A program made the translations under genes and the position numbers. Of a stretch of DNA of 34,275 bases, positions 1-12,300 are shown piece after piece (the first letter of the stretch is position 1; every line of letters starts with the position of its first letter). The stretch is from Seison nebaliae (Eukaryota), in NCBI GenBank assembly GCA_023231475.1, contig JALJEE010001081.1, positions 124,001-158,275 of the forward strand, in the 5' to 3' direction. The notes under the pieces were generated by a model. It was not told the origin of the DNA. It was given only the letters and a program-made list of their open reading frames with translations, and made no database searches.

Positions 1-254
1 CGTACACATGAGAATGAATCCAACCACTTCTTAAAGTTCTCTGGAAAAGAAATGGAATAAACAGGAAATGGAAGAGAAATGGAAAAAAAACTTTCGTTTG
101 ACCGATAACTAGAAGGAATTCCAAGATATCACTAATCCTCTTTTTTGACATGGGTTTTGGGAGTCGGTGGTGTCAAAACAAATACCTGAGATTGTGAGCT
201 CTTAATTTGAACGGTTCACAACTTTCTTTAATTTGTCGATTAGAATTATAGACA

Positions 255-3200
255 ATGATTCAAAATTACCATGGTGACGATTTTTTTTATGAATCTAAAT
301 TCTCCAAAAAGAAATCAAATATGGATCCAAATGACAAAGTGGATTTGTCGACAGTGTTGGAGGAGGATGAACCAGACAGTTCCATGGAGAATGAGGAGAA
401 ATTCTGTGAGGGAATTTTGAAAATTTCACAACGAAGTTTGAAAGAAACTGAAATTCATTTGTCAAGTCATTCGTTCGATTGTGGCGATGGATTTCATGAG
501 AGGAAAGAAGATGATGAGAATTATCGATTATCAAATGAAGTGAATAATATGGAATTGGAAGAGATGGATGAAGAATTTGATAAAATGAATATGTCCATCG
601 AATTAGATGAAGAGGAAAAGAAGATTTATGAATTGTTACGAATGGAACATGATGCAACAATTCAAAGAATTAATCGTTTGTGTGAAAATGAAATCGAAGA
701 GAGTTTTAATGGGAAAAAGAATAAAGAGGAAAATGAGAAAGTTCTCAATAATAATTTGAATGATCTGGAATTCGATAAGGAGAATCGAACGAACAAAATC
801 ATCGAATCTATCGATATTGAGAAAGATGAGAGAATGAAAGAATTGGAAAATGAAACAAAGAATTTATTAGATTGTTTAAATAAACAAGCAATTGAACAAT
901 CTGAAAAGGAGAAGAATATTGAAATGATGGAAGAGAATTTGAAAGCGATCAATTCTAATCAGATGAATGCGGAAGTGAAACAGAAGAGCCTCGAGGCCCA
1001 ATTGGATAGTGTGAAGCAAATCCTTAAAATGGAAATGAAAAAGCAAAAGAAAAGTGAAAATGTCAAAGTGAAAAATTTAGAGGAGAATTTAAATCGAGTT
1101 ATTCATAGTCATCGATCTAGTCCCAAAAGTAATCGATCCATCGATCAACTACCACCAATCCGAAAATCCATCGACATATCTCGAGAACTCTCCAAAATCT
1201 CTTCCTCCTCTGATAATAACACCATCGACGATAATATTCGAAAGACAAATCAAAATTTATCCACCCAAAACACTTTCAACACTGTCTACGAACACCAACA
1301 ACAACAACAATCGAGTGTTAATACTTCCAGTGATGGAATCGTAAAATTAATAAAGACAATTGAAATAGCGAAATTGGGAGAAAAGAGATTGATTAAATCA
1401 GCAAATTTCGATCCGGAAAGTTTCGTCACTGTCTCCGATCAACGACCAAATACGGTCGGTGATTTGGTTATAAAAAAAAATTTGAAAAAGAAAACCGAAG
1501 GATTTGATGTCAATCGAGAAATATATTCCAAACAAAAACAAGTCGCCTCTTCCGACACAGCGAACGATATGACTTTATTCTTAGATTATGGTGAGGAGGA
1601 TGATGAAGAAGACGATGATGATGACATAACAAACGATAGAAAATTGACGACTTTATCCATCAGTCGATTTTCGGAAGATCGATTGAGTAGTCGAATTCTC
1701 TCTTCATCGAACCAACAGAAAACCGTCAAATTTTCTTCTTCACCATCACGAACTAATGAGGATGATAAACAGATTTCTTATTATACTCAATTTATTAAAT
1801 CGATTAATAAATGGAAATCCGAACAAGAGATCAATGAAAAGATTCAATTGAATTTAGACAAACAACTCTTCAAATTGAAAGAAGCGAATGAATATCTTTT
1901 TAAAATGGACGAACTAAATGAAATGAACATACCAATCGAACAACATCAAGAAGAAAATTCAAATATATGGAACGAAGAAGATTTTTGGATAGTGAACGAG
2001 AAGAATTTGAATGATAATGAATTCATATTGAGAATGAGTGAGAAACAATTAGAATTTCAATCGTTACATAAATTATTGAATTATTCATCAACATCAACGA
2101 GCAATCGATCACAAAACACAATTCGCACATTCATCGAAGAACAATTTAAAATATCATTATATTCGACACAACTCCAAAGGAAATTACAATACGATTCTCT
2201 CATCATGCTCTCATTGAATGATTGTAGCGAATTGTTCGATGGAGTACTCGATATCAACAATCAAATTTTCACTTTATTCTCTTCACTCCCCAACATCTTA
2301 TCGTTACATTTGACAAATAATAAGATTGAGGATATCCGAACGTCCAATTCGATGAGAGAGAATTTGTTCTGGTCAAAATTGATCGATCTCAATTTATCTC
2401 ATAATCAATTGAGTAATTTGGATTTATGTGGAATGAATATCATTCTCTATAATTTACTACAGATCAATTTATCGAATAATCAACTTCAATATATTCACGA
2501 TTGTTTCAGTCATTATTGTCCCAAATTGACCGTTCTCAATTTATCGAGAAATCATTTGAATGGAAATTATCTTTATCGTCTCCTCAACAATTCTTTGAAT
2601 TATTTACTTTATATTGACATCTCTCACAATCGATTGAAGGAGACGAATTCCATTGAATGGGATAATCATTATCTCATCCATTGTGATGTATCTCATAACG
2701 AACTTAATCAATTGCCCAATATCGTTGATACATTCTGTCTCCGATATTTTGATTGTTCTCATAATAATATCGAAAATTTCGAAAATAGTTTCATATTCTC
2801 TCACCAGCATTCATCTTCATTTTTTCCTCTCCTCCAAACGATCAATTTGAAAAATAATAATATCGAAAATTTCGATGATGATTTAAATGAATTCGCTTGT
2901 CTGTCATCGGTGAGAAATGTGGATTTTAGATGTAATCAATTAATGGATTTTAATGATCGTCAATTTCAACATTTCATTCATCGATTACAACAAATGTTGT
3001 TTAGTGGAAATGAATGTAAAGTGAAATTGGCAGCTAATCCGTTATGTGAAGAAATGCAAAGGAAATTCAATTTCCATCCAACCACAAATATCCGTCAATC
3101 GAATAATAATATCATTCTACAAATGACCGATAATCCATCACATACACCATCAAATGAATGGAGAGAATTAATGGAGATTTTCAATGAGACAGATGAAATT

Positions 3201-4844
3201 TTAAAAATATTTGTCGAATCGCTCTTCATTTTTGATCGTCGCAGTCTTCGCATCTTATTCAATTTCACCACGCTCGTTATTCATTTGAGAACGTTTCTCT
3301 CCACCATAAATTGTAATCGAAATTCCATCGAATTCAATCCATCTGTCATTGAACAATTGAGGAGTTTATTGAGGAATATGTCTCGAATTAATTCGAATTG
3401 TAAGAAAACTGTCGAAGTGAAAAAGAAGAAAACTCATTCGAAATCAGTTAACAGGAATATTTTAGAAAATTTCAATGATAATCGTTCTCCATCGAACAAT
3501 TCTATCGGAAATTTATCGAATTCATCTTCGAGAAGTGAAATGGATTTCAGGAGATCACCCGATCGTCCTCCCGTCCAGAATAAATCCCATAAAAGTTCCA
3601 TAAATTTAATGTTGAGACATAAACAAGCGAAAAAATTACAAGAGAAACGTTTGAAACATTTGAAAGAAATGTCCGTTATAAAACTTCAAGCGTTATGGAG
3701 AGGATATTCGTGTCGGAGACGATTAGGAAATGAAGCGAAAGAATATGCAGCAATCATCATTCAAGAATGGTGGAGAGGAATATTGAGACGTTATATCACA
3801 CCGAGAAACATTCAATCATCAAATAGTAACATGGAAGAGAATGTCGATTCATATGGTGGAAACACTCCCGTATTAAATCGATCATTAAATAATAAGAATA
3901 AAAACAATTTTGCCAAAGGACAAAAATTGCAATTTCATCATATCAATCATACACCATCTAATAGTGAAAAATCGACGGAAGAAGAATTATCTTCTGGTGT
4001 AGTTGATGATATTGATGAGAATTTATGGTTAGATCGAGAACATGATCAATCCAAAAATTTATTTGACGTACTTAACAAACCAGATCTGACGGTTTTTTTT
4101 ATTTTTCTTTTTCTTGCAATTTTAAATTCTAATCGTTTGCGGAGCAGTTGGAAAAAAAGAGAAATAGTGACGAGAAATATTTCCATGATTATGGAACACG
4201 ATCCAGGTAATTTTCATTACCTATTTCATTAAATCTATTTTCTCTACTTTCCATCGATAGTTTCCGATATGACAAACTTCCAGATATAGCTTCACTTATC
4301 GGTTCGGATAGATATGATCACGAATCTCATATTGTTCGTCCACCAAATAATAACGTTAAGGAATTGGATACATTATCGTCCGTTTCCTCATCCAATGAAC
4401 GATTGAGTCGACAAGATAAATTAGCGAAAGAATGGTAAGTAAATTAAGATGACGGAATTATATTTTGAAAAATTATAAAAATTATTTCATTCGAAAATAG
4501 GAATCTACAAGATGGAAATTATCTTCTTCTTCGAGCGAATAAGATGAAGAATAAGAAGAAAAAAATTTCAAGTTACATTTCAAAAATTTTTCCCAATCGA
4601 CCAATTATTGGCGTTTTCAGGCACTCCCACTAAATTAGACCGATTGAAAGAAATTAGTACTCGATATCAACAGATCAATGAGAGGGGTGTCCTCAAGCGA
4701 AAAGATAGTGAGAAATCGACGTTCACTATGGAATTTGGAATTATACCAAAACATTCTGAAAGAGATTTTATTCATATAATCGAGAAGAATTGCCCAGATG
4801 CGTTTGATCCCAAAGACAGTTTACACTTTTCATTATTCGATTAA
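255..4844 (+). CDS. LRRIQ1: Leucine-rich repeat and IQ-motif protein, LRRIQ1-like. Exons 255(or 321)-4091, 4145/4148-4206, 4261-4434, 4501-4571, 4621-4844
   Basis: Acidic coiled-coil N-terminus, about ten LxxLxLxxNxL repeats (~2290-3040) and two IQ motifs (VIKLQALWRGYSCRR, AAIIIQEWWRGILRR). Four GT-AG introns (4092-4144/4147, 4207-4260, 4435-4500, 4572-4620) keep the frame into ORF 4608..4844. The spliced product has KLAKEW-NLQDGNYLLLRANKMKNKK, which resembles the EEWGFKD...MLKRAQKMK motif I recall from LRRIQ1. Confidence 0.75.
265..278. promoter_or_regulatory. RFX X-box candidate (ATTACCATGGTGAC)
   Basis: Fits RYYNYY-AT-RRNRAC and is close to canonical GTTNCCATGGNAAC. It lies at the 5' end of a likely ciliary gene and ends 42 bp before the in-frame ATG at 321. 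Confidence 0.55.
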
Positions 4845-5119
4845 TGTTTATGAAATTTTGAACAGAGAAAAAATCAAAGAATTGTGTACCGCTTCCATGC
4901 ATTCATCCGAAAATCTTTGACAAATTATAAGCGATATATTACTATTCTTATTCTAGTTGTTTTGCACAGTCTATTCTTTTAAAATTTTCGAGGATTATTA
5001 TTTGGAAGGAAATATATAAATTTTTCGTTTATTTATAATAATCAGTTTTGGAAAAAATATATATATAAGAGAAAAGATAAATAGAGAATGGAATGATTCC
5101 AATAAATTATAAATTAAAT

Positions 5120-6349
5120 TTAAAAATATTCACCAGTCATTTTATCTCCGTGGGAATATTGAGTGACTAATGACGAGTCCAACGAGTGAACGTTCAAAGT
5201 GTTAATTGATGGAAGTTCCGAATTGTTCTGGAATTCCTTCTCTGATTTGTTTGTAGGTGGCTCGTTCTGTTTGTCTTGCACAAGCATATCGTTCGGTGGA
5301 ATGAATGGAGGATATCGGGAACAATTATCTTGAATCATTTGTAAGTTGGCGAAACAAGCATCATCGATGAATTGTTGACCGATATCATTTGATGGTGGTA
5401 ATGGTGGAAGATAACGGTTGTTGTTGTTATGGAATGTTTGTGATAATTGGAGCATAAGATGTGAATGATATTCGGGAGGAATATCGGCAAATTGAGGAAG
5501 TAATTCGTTGGGAATGTTCACGCCATTCATATCGGTCAATTGTTTAATGAAATTCGTTTTTTCCAATTTCAACAAATTTTCATTCGACAAATATGAACGA
5601 TTTCCATTATCGTTCTCATTATTCGAATTATTCATATATTGATCCGTATTCTGATTAGCATGAATTGTCGTCAAATGAAGTTCGTTATTATTTGTATTCA
5701 TAAAATTGTCAGAGATGTTACTCATGGCAAATTTGGGTGTTTGCACCACTTGCGTCGGATGTAGCAGACGATAATTGTGTAAGACGATTGTCGATTCTAA
5801 ACTGGCTGTATCGGCCGTTTTATTATTACTTATGATATCCGTCATATATGAGATGTACATCAATGCCAATCTTAATGTTTCAATTCTCGATAATTTCTTC
5901 TCGTAGGCGAACGTTGGAACTTTCTTTCGAAGAACGTCGAACGCGTCATTCAAATTGAGCATTCTTTTCCGTTCTCTTACATTAGCGGCTCGTCGTTGAG
6001 CGAGCGTGGCGATTCGTCGACGTTTCACTTTCGGTTTCTTTCTTTTGTCATCCGAGTCACTTTCGTCGCCGTTCAAATCGAGGGGGAGGACGGGACATGT
6101 CTTCTGAAAGAGTTCTAGTTGGCGGCCAGTGTCAATGCTATGTAGTTTTTGGTGGAATTGCTGTAAGTTATATTGATCAACTGTGGCAGCCGGAGTAAAC
6201 GATTCCAGGTGCTGATGTGACAACTCCGGCTGCTGCATTCGCACAGTCTGCAAACGTTGTTTCTGTTGTAATTTTCTTTCGGATATTTCGGCGGTAACGT
6301 ATTCTGGAAACAAAATCTGGTCTTTCTTCCCACTATCAATATGCTGCAT
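5120..6349 (-). CDS. FERD3L: bHLH transcription factor of the Fer3/Nato3 (FERD3L) family, intronless, 409 aa
   Basis: The b[56 protein letters not shown] carries the [18 protein letters not shown] loop/helix 2 typical of Fer3/Nato3, not PTF1A (IPTLPYEKRLSKVDTLRLA). There is an in-frame stop upstream of the ATG. Confidence 0.85.
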   Translation of the reverse strand: MQHIDSGKKDQILFPEYVTAEISERKLQQKQRLQTVRMQQPELSHQHLESFTPAATVDQYNLQQFHQKLHSIDTGRQLELFQKTCPVLPLDLNGDESDSDDKRKKPKVKRRRIATLAQRRAANVRERKRMLNLNDAFDVLRKKVPTFAYEKKLSRIETLRLALMYISYMTDIISNNKTADTASLESTIVLHNYRLLHPTQVVQTPKFAMSNISDNFMNTNNNELHLTTIHANQNTDQYMNNSNNENDNGNRSYLSNENLLKLEKTNFIKQLTDMNGVNIPNELLPQFADIPPEYHSHLMLQLSQTFHNNNNRYLPPLPPSNDIGQQFIDDACFANLQMIQDNCSRYPPFIPPNDMLVQDKQNEPPTNKSEKEFQNNSELPSINTLNVHSLDSSLVTQYSHGDKMTGEYF

Positions 6350-6362
6350 TGGCGAGGATGTA

Positions 6363-6401
6363 GATGATGATGATGATGATGATTATTATTATTATTATTA
6401 T
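6363..6401. repeat. Compound trinucleotide microsatellite (GAT)n(TAT)n
   Basis: Directly visible just upstream of the Fer3 ATG. Confidence 0.9.
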
Positions 6402-7277
6402 GTTAAAGAAATTAGTTGTTAACAGATGTTGATAATCAGCGAAAACTGTAACATCAGCCAACAGATGTCCTATTCTTCATTCTTGGAAAAGTTTTTGGGA
6501 GAAATTAAATTGTCTTTAAGTGAAAGAAGTGAGTCCTGTTTGGAGAGACAGAAGTGTGTTCGGAGGAAGAAGTAGTTGGAGGAATAACTCAACCAATTTG
6601 CCAATGACACAAATAACAGACGGTGTCAACTCGGCTACTTATTGATCAGAAATTTCACAATCAAATATCAATATAAAATTATTTATCTCTAGTCAAATGA
6701 ATTCTTCGAATGAATTCAATTCATCACATTCTCCATTGGATCGATTCATATTCAAAGAGAAGTGAATAAACATAAACTTCTTAATCGATTCTTACTACTT
6801 CAGTCACCCCCAAACAACTCTCAACTATCTCTCATACTATTCTCTCCCTCATCTCCGTCATCGTCATGCAGAAAAAGATGAATATCATTAATTCTTTCCA
6901 GAATCAACGATCAAAAAGCGCAACAGCTGCAATATTGATAAGTTACATGCAACGCTGACGCTCAATACAGCGAACATTTATTATTCCATTAAATTTTATT
7001 CCACTTTTATATGTTCCTCTTCACTCACTTTTATCTCCTCGTCAACCTCCAAATTATGCCTCAAATATAATTCCTCGTGCACTTTATGTGCACTTCCTAT
7101 TCACAACAATTTACATTCAGTGAAGAAGAATCAACACAACAAAACGATTTTAAACGACAAGATAAAAAAATTTATTTTTCAATCGATCAAACAATTAGTT
7201 GTTGAAAATGTTGAGTAAAATATTTCCATTTCTACGATGAAAATTCCAGTTGAATTTACTCATGAATAAACATCCGT

Positions 7278-8349
7278 TTATTCAGTCGGTTCCACTATTA
7301 GTGGTGCGATGTAGTTCGAGTGTCTGATTCCAAACGAATAACCAGGTGCTTTATTTTTGTGAGCCCAGACCTGATAGAAGTGAAATAAAATATTTAAATT
7401 TACACACAAACTTGACTATCATCATATGCGCCCGGTCCAGGTTTTTTTGTGGTGTCACCAGGAATCATGTTCCTTCCCGTCATCGAGAAGTTTGGTTGTT
7501 TATCTTGATAAATGTTGGGTGATATTGCATCATATGCACCTGGTCCAGGAGTCTATTCAGAATAATGTTGAAATAAAAAACGTTTTTTTTATTTAAAAAA
7601 TAAAACTTTTTGTAAATCTTCGTGGAAACCGCCAATTTTTGATCGTTTCGTCATAGAAAAAGCTGGAGCTGCTGGTTTACTACTTTGTGCCGTTTGTCCG
7701 ACCATATTGGGTAAGGAATAAGCGTTTGGTCCTAACATTCGTAAAATAGTTCGAAACCGAGTTTATCACCATAAAATCTAACCAGGATTGTTATCGGTCG
7801 TTCGTGATCGATGTCGTACACCAAACGAGTAAGCTGGATATCGTAATTTCGATTGTTCTCCACCTTTCTCTGGCGCATCTATCAAATTTTTGAATTCATT
7901 ATTTGATATAATAATTAAAAATTTCAATTAACATGATCCTGGTCCTGGTGTCTTTAAAATTCATGAATAGTCAGGGAGTGATAATTTTAAGTTATTTAAG
8001 ATTGATGAAGAAAAAACTTTAAATAATTTCATATCTTTCGGTCTTGAATATAATGAATATTGAGGCGTTCCGTCTCTACCATTCTTGTAGATCTTCTCAT
8101 GTGGAAGATAAATAGGACCAGGAGAACAATCGTTCTTCCATTTCCCGTTCTTCCCACCGAAACTATAAGCAGCAGCTTCGAACAATAAAAGAGGAAGAAT
8201 AATGCGATAAATTGGAAACCTTTAGGATGGACAGAACGAGGATCATGTTTATTACTTCCCACTATACCTGGCAAATCATAACAAGGTCCAGGTGACGAGT
8301 ACATAGCGGCGATGGGACCGCGTGGAACGGTGGGCTCAAATGAAGACAT
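7278..8349 (-). CDS. ODF3: Outer dense fiber protein 3 / SHIPPO1 (PGP-repeat ciliary protein), 253 aa. Exons 8349-8220, 8175-8018, 7951-7933, 7878-7783, 7731-7607, 7552-7412, 7370-7278
   Basis: The N-terminus PRGPIAAMYSSPGPCYDLP is followed by repeated (S/T)PGPxxY and PAYSF/PAFSM motifs and a C-terminal APGYSFGIRHSNY. Six GT-AG introns (44, 66, 54, 51, 54, 41 nt) give a stop-free 762-nt CDS. Confidence 0.9.
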
Positions 8350-8501
8350 CGTTCTTTCTTTTTTTTATTAATTAGATGAGAGTCTTTTAAAATGAAGGTG
8401 AGTGTTTAAGAAGGAAATGTTTCTCTCGCAAAGATTATATTCGAAAGTTTTTTCTGTTAGAAAGTTGAATGTTATTCAATAAGTTGTCTACGTTTAATTA
8501 C

Positions 8502-8571
8502 TGTTTATATAATCGTCATGGGAACACTACAAGGAAACTATTGACAAATCTAATCCCATCGTCATAACAAC
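8502..8571. promoter_or_regulatory. Ciliary promoter module: forkhead-like TGTTTAT (8502-8508) plus two RFX X-boxes (8512-8525 ATCGTCATGGGAAC; 8558-8571 ATCGTCATAACAAC)
   Basis: Both 14-mers fit RYYNYY-AT-RRNRAC, share the left half ATCGTCAT, and lie ~160-220 bp upstream of the ODF3 ATG. Confidence 0.6.
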
Positions 8572-9385
8572 AACAACAACAAGAGAAGAAACAAATTTTC
8601 CGTTTGTTCAATCTCTTCCCTCACAAGTAGTAGAGCGAACCATAAAAAATCCGTAGGATAGAGCCGATTCTCTCAAATTCGTTACACATCTCTAACTGGA
8701 TGAGAACTAGAAGTTTTCCTTTGACGTTCAAAATGAAATTCGTATTGAAATAATTTTATTAAGATATAATTCTGAGTCTCTGTGTGTATTTGTGTGATGT
8801 GTGGGCGCACATATGTGTAATGTGTATGTGTTATATGTGCACACGATACAAATAGAGATGACTGATTCAAATAATAAGAACCGTTGTGAAATTTACATTC
8901 ATTCACAGGAGGAGATGAAGAGGAATTGCTTCATCTATCCGATTGAATGGAAATGGATCGAAAGAGAAATTCGAATTTATCTACAGAAATAAAAGAGGAA
9001 TAAAACCAGAAGAGCATTCGGATATACTTAAATAATAATTTACTTCAAAATCGAAATTGAGATTAAAATGTTCTGCATATCTCTTCTCGTGTATGTTGAA
9101 GAAAGGAGGGGGGAAAGGTGATAGGCAAATTTTCATTTTCTGTGTAGGTTTTTCCGATGATGATGATAATGATAATGATAATGATGGTTATTATACAATT
9201 TCTGCAACATATATTATAAGAGAATTTAAATTAAATTAAATAAAAAGAAATCATTGGGAGATAAGATTCATTTTCATATCCCGTCAAAACTGTCCTTAAT
9301 CAATTTCCATATCAATTTCTCCTTTTTATGTGACTTAGTTGTGATTTGTTGATTCTCGATCAATTCCATTCACTTCCACATCAAT

Positions 9386-12300
9386 TTAAACCACTTGCCG
9401 AGTAAGTTGTGCGAATTTTTCTTTCGTATTCTCGATCGATTCCAATTTCGCCTTTCCGTTCATTGTTGGTGGCGACCGTTTAGAGGAATTGGATGAGATG
9501 TTAAGTATCTGTCCATCTTGTTTAGTTGAAGAAATCAAATCGTCATTACTCCCATCTTTATGATCCCAACACTTTCCATTGACGAGAGCGGTTGGAAAAG
9601 AAACATTCGATTTTTTGAAATATTTATGAAAATCGATATTATCGTTCTCATTCGATTGTTTCTCATTCAATCCCGATGATGTATCAATCGCCACCAAACT
9701 ATTATTACTATCGGAATTATTGGAGAATGGATTTTTTGACACAATGTCAACACAACTCGTACTACTGGAACGACGACTGGATAATTGTGACGATGGAAAT
9801 TTTGAATTTTCAATATTATTCGAATAATCCATTTGTTGGAGCATCATTCTCCGATTCATCTCCGTCAATTCCATTTCTTGATATGATCCAGTTGAATTCA
9901 TATCGAGGAATGAGGGGGGATGTGTCAACGAAGAAATCATTTGATCTCCACCATTCGATTCATCGGAAATATCACAATCGTTTGAAATGAAAGAATTGTC
10001 TTTAATTCCATTTTCCCTCATTCGTTTCCTAATTCCAAATAAATCATCCGAATCATCCATTGGATCCTTCTTCGAATTCTTTCCATTAATATTTGGAATA
10101 ATATTTGAATTCCTTTTCAATTTCTTTTTCAATGAATGATGATCTGTGTCTAATTTCCGTTTAGTGTTCGTGAGTGATGGAACGATTCGACAAGTTGATT
10201 TTAATGTGGTCACTTTATCTGGTTCGACTTTATTTTTCATTAAAATCGTCCGCAAAGAACTCAATTGTTTTTTCGATGATGGATTTGATGATGGTTTCGT
10301 TGAAGTGATTGTGGAGGTGATGGTGGTGGTGGGAGGGAGGATGTTGGATGACATTGGAGGAGATAAATAAGTTGAGAAGAGATTGACTGATGGTTTGTTG
10401 AAGGATTCGTTCGATTTCGTGAATTTATTAAATTCCTGATTTTCTGATGATTCACCGTTATGAATATTGACAAGTAATGACGTTTCATAAAGGATTTCGA
10501 AGGATTGTTGTGAATGTGATGGTAGAGATGAATCTAAGACAATCGAATTGAAATAATCGATGGAATTCTTCTGCAATTCGAAGAGAATTTTCGATAATTG
10601 TTCGACGATAATTCCGTCGAGTAATGTCGAACAGGATAATTGAATGATTCGTTTCTCGTATTTCAAGAGAAGAGTATGAGCTTCCTTCGAACATGCCAAA
10701 CGATGAAGAATGGATGTGCATCTCATCAAAATATCTGATGTTGTTCCACCTCTAATTGCGAATCGATCCGAACTCATTTCACTTTTCGATGGAGAAATTC
10801 GTAAATTATTTGAATTTTCGTTCTGAGAAATCATTTCACATAATCGTTCGAAATCTTCAAGAATCGAAAGAATCACATGAATAAAATTACGGAATTTCAT
10901 AAGAACGAAACAATAATCGATATTCTCTTTTAACAATTCCGAAATGAGAATGACACACAACTCCTTCACAATCACATGTTTCTTCGATGGGACATTCCAA
11001 ACGAATGAATGGGCGTCATGTGCAATTATTGTGGAGGAGTGATTCATTTCCATTCCACTCAATCGACAAGAGAGAACATGAAGAAAACGAGCGAGTTGAA
11101 CGAACGAGAATTGATTAATCAAAATCGACACATTCTCTTTATGAATCGTTAACAACATCAGACATTCCAATGCCATCGATGAAATGGTGAGTGGTGAAGC
11201 GATTGATAATTCACATAAATTCTTGTGAAGTAATTGAATTTGTCGATTGTATTTCTGAAGTTGAAGACGATCTTGATGAAGATTTTGTGTCAAATTTCTC
11301 CGTTTCGCACCGGAAGTAACTGCCAATTGTTTGAGTTGTTCCTGTGCGGAAAAAATGGATTGATTGAGAAGACTAATTTGTCTCTTGATCTCAATTAACA
11401 TTCGATGTTTCTTTGTATAATCACGATGACGATAACTCATATTATCATACAAATCGATAAACGGATCTTCCGGTTCATTTCGATTAAAACGATATCCATT
11501 CGACCATAAAGAATTGTTGACAGGATCGATCGCCATTGACGATTCACTGCACGCACAATGCACGAGAAGTTCCAAAAGTTGTATAACGTCATCATAATCG
11601 AAAATTGAATTATGTAAATCGATATATCGACCAATATTGGAACAAATGACGAAAGTGGAATGATGAGCGAAAAGAAAAGTTGAATAAATTGAATGATTTT
11701 TTCGAAATATTTCAAACGAATTCAAATTCATCAATTGACAAATTAACGCCAATAAATCACCATTCTCGCCCATCATCCTCTGATATGTGTCAATGAAAGT
11801 GATGGATCGAATGATATTGATGATGGTAAATAATCGATGATTTATAATCGATAATTTCATATATTTCAATTGTTTCATCTTCTCACGATCAGTTGCAAAG
11901 ATGGAAGAATAGAATTCGTTGTCAATAATCGAGAAACGATCGATATGTTCTTGTCTATCAACATATTCTATCTCACCATTCCATCGATCGATTACTTCTT
12001 TCAATTCATTCATCTCAATTTGATTCTTCTTCAATTTTAATTCATCGTCACTCATCGATTTCCCTGTCAACATCGATTTCAATAAAATGTTCTTATCTGT
12101 CGATTCGTTCAATTGATGGAAATATTCCCTTTTCATCGTTAATCGATTATTGATACGATAAAGTTGAATGAAAAGATTCTTCTCTTTTTCATTCAAATAT
12201 GTCCGTCCGAAATAACGACGAATTTGACTCAAATAAAATTGTTCATTCATTATCTCTTTGTTCGAATAATTTGAATTTGTGGAAGGAGACACTTTAGCGG

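Noticed and set aside
143..178. TTTTGACA/TGTCAAAA inverted repeat
   Set aside because: An AT-rich 8-bp stem is expected by chance, and there is no target-site duplication or other transposon evidence.
5120..6349. Calling the bHLH gene PTF1A
   Set aside because: The loop/helix 2 matches Fer3/Nato3, and the Trp-containing RBPJ-binding motifs are absent.
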